64,000 nucleotides of DNA from the human T2T-CHM13v2.0 reference genome, Homo sapiens. The notes beneath the pieces are model-generated. The model saw only the letters and a program-made list of their open reading frames with translations. It made no database searches and was not told the origin of the DNA. The DNA lies in assembly GCF_009914755.1 (NCBI RefSeq), contig NC_060930.1; one strand, written 5' to 3'. The translations under genes and the position numbers were made by a program. Every line of letters starts with the position of its first letter. Within the stretch, counting starts at the first letter, position 1. Shown one piece after another: positions 55,196 to 64,000 of the stretch.

Positions 55196-55589
55196 TACCC
55201 AGGAGGGGAAGGTATCTCCAGGAGGGTAGAGTCCATCCAGGAGGGTGAGGTCTAGTTGGGGGGATGGGGTCTACCCAGAGGGGTGAGGTCTGGCTGGAGG
55301 GGGGATGGGGACAGTCCAGGAGGGAGAAGTCTAGCTGGGATGATGGGGTCTGTCCAGAGGATCAGGTCTAGCTGGGTAGAAGGGGTCTACCCAGGAGAGT
55401 TCTGGTTGGGGAGATGCATCTACCCAAGAGGGTGAGGTCTAGCTGGGGGGATGGGATCTGTCCAGGAGGATGAAGTCTAGCTAGGGGGATGGGGTTTACT
55501 CAGGAGGGTGAGTTCTGGTTGGGGAGATGGGTCTACCCAGAGGATGAGGTCTAGCTGGGGGGAGAGGGTCTGTCCAGGAGGGTAAGGTC
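55196..55589. repeat. G-rich ~37-38-bp minisatellite (~9-10 diverged units)
   Basis: Approximate consensus CCAGGAGGGTGAGGTCTAGCTGGGGGGATGGGGTCTAC/GT. Confidence 0.92.
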
Positions 55590-56444
55590 TCTCCATAGGG
55601 TGCTTTGGGAGGTCTGGGGCTTGGGGTTCCTGTGATCACAGCCCAAATATATGACTTGGACCCACACTTGGCAGAGACCAAGGTGAAGACAAGACAGGAC
55701 TGATGGACTCTGAGGAAAGAGCGTGGCGGGAGCAGGGTCAAGAGCGAGAGGCCAGAGTGCAAGGAAGTGGGAGGGTCTGAGGTGGGATCCCAGAGTGGGA
55801 GCTGGGGAGCTGGAGTGCTGGAAATGCTTCTCATGCTGGAGAGGCCAATCCTAGGGCTTGGTTAGACTAAGTGCGTTTAACTGGGGCAGCAGTTTTACAC
55901 ATGTATTTCAGGAGGAGATGATTTTATCATAAACACATTCCACTGATTCATGTGAAATCATTAAAAAAATTAAGGTCAAGGTTTTTTTCTCCTGGCTGCT
56001 TTAGGCTACATGCCCAGGACTCCTGTCCCTCTGTGGTGAGGGGATTTGGGTGGAAGAGTTTGAGAAGCTCTGCTGTGGAATCCTCTCCTTTTTAAATAAA
56101 GAGGGACACTCCAAGCCTGGCATTGAAAGGCACACCTCTCGGTGGAAGCAGTTGGCCAGGTTTTGATCCCTTAAGGATTGGAACCTTATGAAATTGCCAA
56201 GATTGGACCATGTTTGACTTGTGTAAATAGCTTCTTCCTGTGATTCAGTCTGAATTTTAGACTCCAGGTCTCATCGCTGCCTCCACCATGTGGCCTCAAG
56301 GGGGCGCCGCTCCGCCTCCTAAATCCCCAAGGACAAAGCCCACTTTCTTGGCTTCTGGAAGCAGCGCGAGGGGTCATTGGTGGAAAGAAGACTGCTGTAT
56401 TTAAAAAAGGAAGCAAGCAGAGAGGAACATGAATTCAATTAGAA

Positions 56445-56612
56445 CAGTTCCTTGTCCCCTAAAATATGGTCCCCAGACCAGCAGCATCAGCACCCCCTGG
56501 GAGTTTGTAGAATTCCTGGACACTAACCCAGATCTGCTGAACCAGAATCCACAGTTTAGCAGGACTGCCCAGGCTCTCCTACGTATGTGCGCATAGCAGA
56601 AGCACCAGTCTA
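56445..56612. mobile_element. MER5A
   Basis: tggtccccagaccagcagcatcagcacccc-tgggagtttgtagaa...ccagatctgctgaaccagaatc. Confidence 0.8.
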
Positions 56613-56786
56613 GCCAGCCAAGAGTCTGCTTATTTGTCACCTGCCTTTCCAGCCCCAAGCAGTCTGGGCCCCCCTATCACTTCCCCTGGGGACACATTAT
56701 TAGACCCTCCATTCTTCAAAATCAACATAAGGTGTGGCTCCCACAGGAACATGTTCCTGTCTAAAGAGCCTCCCCTTCTTTCAGAA

Positions 56787-56986
56787 AGTATATTCGTTAT
56801 CTTTGCTGTGTAATAAATGACCCTAAAACAGAGGTTTAAAACAATAAACATTTATTTTTGCCATATGCTGTTGGTTAGAAGCAAGTCACTAATCCAGCCC
56901 AGGCTTCAAGGGAAAGGGATCACACCAGGGCCTGAATACCAGGAAGCAGGGATCACTGGGGATCATATTCCAGGCAGCCTACTGCA
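56787..56986 (-). mobile_element. Internally deleted MLT1F-like LTR
   Basis: gttatctttgctgtgtaataaatgaccctaaaac...ttggttagaagcaagtcac...gaataccaggaagcagggatcactgggg. Confidence 0.7.
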
Positions 56987-57104
56987 GGGGATAATCTCCA
57001 CTCTAAGGGGCAGGCCTCAACAGGGCAGCCACATCAGAATACAAGAAAACCTCCAGAGTCATGTGGTAAGGACGACATGCATTCAGCAACAGGATGCTTG
57101 AATA

Positions 57105-57285
57105 AGCCTTTCAACTGTGGCTTGCAGAATGGCCACATTAGTATCAGTTGGGAAACATTTAAAAAATACCAATGCCCAGGCGCTACGCAAGACCAGTTAG
57201 ATCACAATCTTCAGGGCATGGGTTTTTTCTAATTTTTAAATTCCCCAGATAATTCTATTGCACAACTGAGGTTAAGAACTATGGC
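57105..57285. mobile_element. MER5-type hAT element
   Basis: aaaaataccaatgcccagg...agaccagttagatcacaatct...ttccccagataattct...gaggttaagaac. Confidence 0.7.
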
Positions 57286-57289
57286 TTCA

Positions 57290-57593
57290 GGCCAGGTGCG
57301 GTGGCTCACACCTTTAATCCCAGCACTTTGGGAGGCTGAGGCAGGCAGATCACCTGAGGTAAGGAGTTTGAGACCAGCCTGGCCAACATGGTGAAACCCC
57401 ATCTCTACTAAAAATGCCAACAAATTTAGCTGGGCATGGTGGCGCGCCTGTAATCCCAGCTACTTGGGAGGCTGAGGCAAGAATCACTTGAACCCGTGAG
57501 GCGGAGCTTGCAGTGAGCTAAGACTGTGCCACTGCACTCCAGCCTGGGCAACAGGTTAAGACTCCGTCTCCAAAAAAAAAAAAAAAAAAAAAA
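57290..57593 (+). mobile_element. AluSx
   Basis: TSD AGAACTATGGCTTCA at 57275-57289 and 57600-57614. Confidence 0.95.
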
Positions 57594-57914
57594 AGACACA
57601 GAACTATGGCTTCATATGAAAATTTTCAAATGCTACAGTGAAGTAGTGGTAAAGATTACTAGTGCAAAAGATGATGTGAGGCTCAGCAGCTTGGACTTCT
57701 GCTGGGGAATCTGTGGATTGGAAAAGTGGGCCTTAAAGAGTGTTGGAACCATCTCGGAGGTGAGCCAATAAGGCTGACAAGAGATTTATGACTTTCTATG
57801 ATTGCCTATCTTAGCAAAAGTCCCATCAAGTCATGATGCTGGGGAAAATACATCCAAGAGTTAGGAATACAGAAAGAAAGGAAGGTGGTGGGAGGAAGGA
57901 AGGAAGGAAACCTA

Positions 57915-58640
<726 letters not shown>

Positions 58641-58794
58641 ATTTATTTTAAATAAAATTTTTTAAAAAGAGACAAAAAGAAACCTATCTATTGTTAAAAC
58701 TTGTCCTCAACTCCAGCTGATGACTACAAAGAAATGGAAACAAAATGAAGACTCAATAAAAGTGCCCATAATCTTCTAGTCTCCAGTCTGTAGA

Positions 58795-58945
58795 GACACA
58801 GAAGGTGAGAACTGGAGAGGCCTTAGAGGTCAGCTCACCAATGCCTTTGTTTTGTGGTTGAGGAAATCGAGACATGAGGTCACTGGGAGGTAATGGCCTT
58901 GCTAGGATTAGAACTCACATCTTCAAACCTGAGCCCAGTGCTCTA
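58795..58945 (-). mobile_element. MIR fragment
   Basis: gaggccttagaggtcagct...gaggaaatcgagac...aggattagaactca. Confidence 0.55.
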
Positions 58946-60666
58946 CCTGAAGACTTTCCACATACAGGGCATGACTGTCAATGGGGCATGTTGGACTCCT
59001 TCCTGCACACCAGCGCGTGAGAATGAGGCATACTGAAGAGTTAGTCAAGGGAGAGAACATGCACCCTCTTATGGGAACACCATGGCCTTTCACATAAATG
59101 TTTCACTGAGGGCTGGTTCACAGGAGGTTGGTGGTACATGACCAGTACTGCAACAGTTAATTTACTCTGTCTCATGGGAACAAGTCAATAGGTTGATCGT
59201 AGTCGCTGAGTCTAACATGCTCCCAGCTTGAGCTGCACCCACTCTGTAAACAGCCCCTAATGGTAGCAGCTTTACCCACAACAATAAAACGGCTCCATCT
59301 TCAGGCAAGTCCAACCTTTACCTCTCCTCCCTGCCCCTCGCCTGCCTGATTTTAGACACTGTTCTCATTCCCAGGGACCGGGTTGCTCCCAACTTGTTGC
59401 CATAGCCACAGGCCTCACCCAAAGCATACCAACGCTGTAATGCTCACAGATCTTGGCAGACATCCAGGCAGATGCAGAGCAGTTGGGGTGAATAACGTTC
59501 TCCTCTGAAAGCTGGGCCAAGGCTGTTTGGTTGCACTCTCTCCGCTGTCGGCTTGAGTCTTATAGAGCTGTCCATTTGGCTGCCTGGCTGTGAATGAGCC
59601 ATGGTTGTTAATTTCTTTCCCCTGCATCAGCTTCTTGGGAGCCTCTAACACAAAACTTAAACAAAGAGCTAAATCAGGCTGTTCCCAGAGCTCCGGACCC
59701 TGGCTGTTTACCAAACACTGAAAACGTTACCAGTTGCCACCAGTCCCAAATCTCTAATCTCTTCTATCTAAAAGTCGTGAGGAATGTTGTCCCGAGAGGT
59801 CCAGGCCTGGCCCATCTGTGATGCTCTTGGGTGTCCGTTTCAACATCGCAGTCCTGTGAGTTGAAGTATCTTTTCCAGAGAAAGAAATGAAAGACGGGGG
59901 TGGGGAGTGGGGTGAAGGAGCACATGGCAAAATAGAGATGGAATCCCTTCAAAAACAAAGAGGAGCCGTCCATGTGCAGCGTGTTCACCCTTGGATGATT
60001 TATATTGGCCCAGTGCTCCAGTTCATGGCAATTACAAAGAAGGAGGGAGTGTCAGAAGGAATCTTCCATGAATACCAACAGTACCAGCCAACATCTGTCC
60101 CTTGGGGTGGGCAATCTGCTCCAGCCTGTTCAGAATTCTACTTAGAATTCTCAAATGGGACAGTGAACACAGAGGCACTCTGTAGGTTAGAAAACAGTGC
60201 ATACTGGTAGAATGTTGTTTTCATCAGGCATTCCCTTCGCTCCTCCATTGGCGCTCATGAAGTGAGTTAAGTCCCTCGGCCCCTGCCCCAGGGTATGTGC
60301 CCACATTGCCATAGAACCTGCCTGGTAGGGAGAGGGCTCACAGACCTTCTCCCACATGAGAAGGGATTAGGATGGGGGTGGGCAGGGGCCACTTCTGCTG
60401 ATGAGAACACAGCAGTTCCAATCTCCCTGGAACTGGCCCCCAAGCCCCCTCTCCCCAGTTGCATTTCTGCATTGATTTCCTGCCCAGAGATACTTCACCC
60501 GCAGTTGCCACGTCTTTGGCTAAGGAGTTGCTTTAAAAGAGAATACAAGATTTAGATTTAGCTGCCTGGAAGAGGAAGGTGTTTTATTCTTCTTTAAAGG
60601 TAGTCTGGAAAATTACCACTTTAGTGGGGGGAAAATATACTCTTCAATTAATAACATAAAAACGAA

Positions 60667-60788
60667 GCTGGGTGCAGTGGCTCACACCTGTAGTTCCAGC
60701 ACTTTGGGAGGCTGAGGTGGGAAGACTGCTTGAGCCCAGGACAAGACCAGCCTGGGCATCATAAGGAGACCTCATCTCTACAAAAAAA
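60667..60788 (+). mobile_element. Alu left monomer (FLAM/AluJ-like)
   Basis: Single arm ending ctctacaaaaaaa. Confidence 0.85.
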
Positions 60789-61661
60789 ACCTTGAATTTT
60801 TAAAATAAAACCATCACTACGACTAACTTTTAACAACACACTCTAAGAGCAGGGGAAAAAAAATCCTGGGTACTAATGCTGAAAATGCATATATTCCAAG
60901 GAATGGTAGCCATCATATCCCCCGTATGAGACAGAACGATTGAACCAGATCCTACACAGCTTGCCTCAAATCCCTGGGCAAGACTTGCCACAAATCCTGA
61001 ACTTCCCTTCATGTTGTCTTTCCATAATTCCTTCTCCTCCCAGCACCAACATCAGTCTGATTTCTAATATTTAAACCACCAGAAGCTGGGCAGAGCCCAC
61101 CCAGGAAGAATTCTAAAATGTCATTAACAAATACAGCCTGAAATGGCTTCAGAAGTTGCTGACACTCTGTTGAGACAGTGTCTTTTGAAAGACAAGGACA
61201 GTTGAAAACTTCTTGCACCACTGAAGGCGGCGCCCTCCTGCACGTTAACAGTTTCTCCCTCCACCACACAGTTCGCTATCTCTCCATCGCTGGCATTCAT
61301 ACGGCCTCACCCATCTCCCCGAGGGACAGCTGCTCCCAGAACCACCCTGCAGCTGAGCAGCAAGATGAGCAGAATTTTCCCTGTGAGCAGGAGACAAGGC
61401 TAAAGCTGCATGTGTGTCAATCGTGAAAGCCCAAATCAGGAGACAGATTAGGACTCTAAGGGAGCTCCACTTACCGAAGACCATCTCCCCAGGAGAACAG
61501 GCACTGAGGGCCGCCCACCCCCACCACGCTCTTTTCTGAACAGATAAAGGGAAACTCACATTTTTTTTTTAAACTGAGTTTTGAGTCTTTGGGAAGCTCG
61601 TATGCAGTTGACACCCGCTGACTTCTGGAGACATTTAAAAAAAAATTAAAAGCATATTAGG

Positions 61662-62019
<358 letters not shown>

Positions 62020-63222
62020 TCAGTTCAGATGTGGGTCTGCCACTGATGAGCCAGCTGCATAACCCTGAGAGCCTTCAGCTCTGGAGCACGTGATAGCTTC
62101 CCCTGCAGGCTTGTGAGGCTTAAAGAGTACCCATGACAGGCAGGGCAGCATCTGCTATGCAGGAGGTGCTCCACACACCTGCTCTGAATGAGTGAATGTA
62201 TTTTCCATGCCTGTGACACAGTAGTCACTCAGTAAGTGTAGATTTTGTCCCTTTCTTTTCCCAGATGAGCAGCCACCATAGAGAGTTGGTTTCTGTAGTT
62301 CAATCTCTCCATCAAGCCAAAAACATAGCTTCTTAGAGGGACCAGGCCATCTCTGCAAGGTATCGAGGGGGCATCTGCAAAGAGTTTCCATCCTGGCTCC
62401 TGTCACTAGCTATGTGTGCAGCTCTGCACGCAGTGGTCTAGTCCCTCTTCCCTCATTCCAAGCCTCATTTGCTCACAGTGAAAATGAAAGAGCTGGACTA
62501 GATTCATAGCTGTCGACCATGGTCTATCATCCAAGCCCTTTGTTTGTAAGAAATCTGATACAGCCCCATTAAATAAAATATTTCAAGAAAAGGGGCCAGT
62601 GCTTAGGCCTAAGTCAGCTCAGCTCTCCAGCCCACCTGCTCTTAGAGGCTGACCAGAAGGCACACCCCGACCCCCACACACAGGAGCCCCTAGGGTTCCT
62701 TGGAGCACAGTTAGAGAACCATAAGACCAGGTTGTCTTTAAATCTCCTTCCAGACCTGACACTCCACGATTCTAAGTGTTTACAGAGTAACTGCAGCACA
62801 TTATTGAACCTGACCAAATTAACTCAAGCCTGATGTGTAACACCTATCAGAAAGAATACAGCCAGGGTCTCTCCTTCGTCCCCAGCTCCTCAGCCCTGCT
62901 GCCTGGGCAAAAGTTACTCAGCATGAAGTCCTTTTTGACTGGTTTCAGCTTGAAACCCTACAGTATCAGGGACAAGAGGAAGTAATATAAAAAAATACTT
63001 GCAATCTTATCCTGAAGACAGTGTCCCGTGAACATAAAGCAATTAAAGGAGGCTGTAGAAATAAGACCTGCAATAAATTAGTATGAACAATAGGTGTGGA
63101 AAGTGGGGAAAGGGCATCGGGCAGGAAACGCCTAATCCCAGGTTGGCATGACCTTGGGCAAGGTGCCAGTGTCTCAATGACCTTGATGGTAGAGCTGAAC
63201 CAGGTCACCTCTGTGAGAATTA

Positions 63223-63568
<346 letters not shown>

Positions 63569-64000
63569 GACTTGTAAGTACTTCAGAATGTTTATAATGA
63601 TGTTGTCAAATTGTCAAAATTGGCATATTCCAGCTACTTAAGTTTGTTACTCCTAGATATTCCTCAACTGTAACATCAGTACCTATCTTAGGCCATCGGC
63701 AGGGAGTGAGCTGACTGCTCCCCAGGGTCTCAGGTAAGGAACAGATAATGGTTTTCAGTTTGTAAGCTCAGCATGAGCACTATCTCCCAGAGGCCTCTGG
63801 GCATAAATGAGCACTTATCAAATCCACGAGAGGCAAACAGCCATCTGCAGGCTGGCAGAACTGTCTGCAAGGATTTGCTTGACACAGATCTCTGGCTGGG
63901 CTCATGGTATCAGAGGTCCCCAGGTTTATTGTTTTTAACGATCATTTTTTTCACCACCTAAACAGAAAGACCCTGTAGTTGAAAGCAAGAGGAAGCAACA

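Overview
This is primate, almost certainly human, genomic DNA rather than a prokaryotic accessory region. It holds the 3' end of LY86 (MD-1, the RP105/CD180 partner, ML-domain family) on the + strand: the penultimate 53-nt coding exon (8797-8849), the terminal exon (CDS 13719-13802, ending ...STVACANATIMCS*), its 3'UTR and the AATAAA signal at 14137. The remaining ~50 kb is repeat-rich intergenic DNA: Alus, MIRs, L2, old L1M fragments, a 4.8-kb 5'-intact but 3'-truncated L1PA, MaLR/ERVL/ERV1 LTRs, an ERVL pro-pol relic, and Tigger/hAT DNA transposons. Apart from the L1 pieces, the ORF track is essentially noise. I find no sequence-supported new protein-coding system. The most notable items are (i) an LTR47-like LTR ~2.3 kb past the LY86 poly(A) site whose CCAAT module is amplified into a 41-bp array upstream of an intact TATA, (ii) a 36/37-bp minisatellite of eight CpG-intact GC boxes, (iii) an L1 that looks like an L1PA6/younger-L1PA chimera with a recombination-deletion signature, and (iv) several small templated-duplication or fold-back scars. 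Repeat subfamily names come from recalled consensus sequences and need RepeatMasker/Dfam confirmation. Boundaries of old repeats are approximate.
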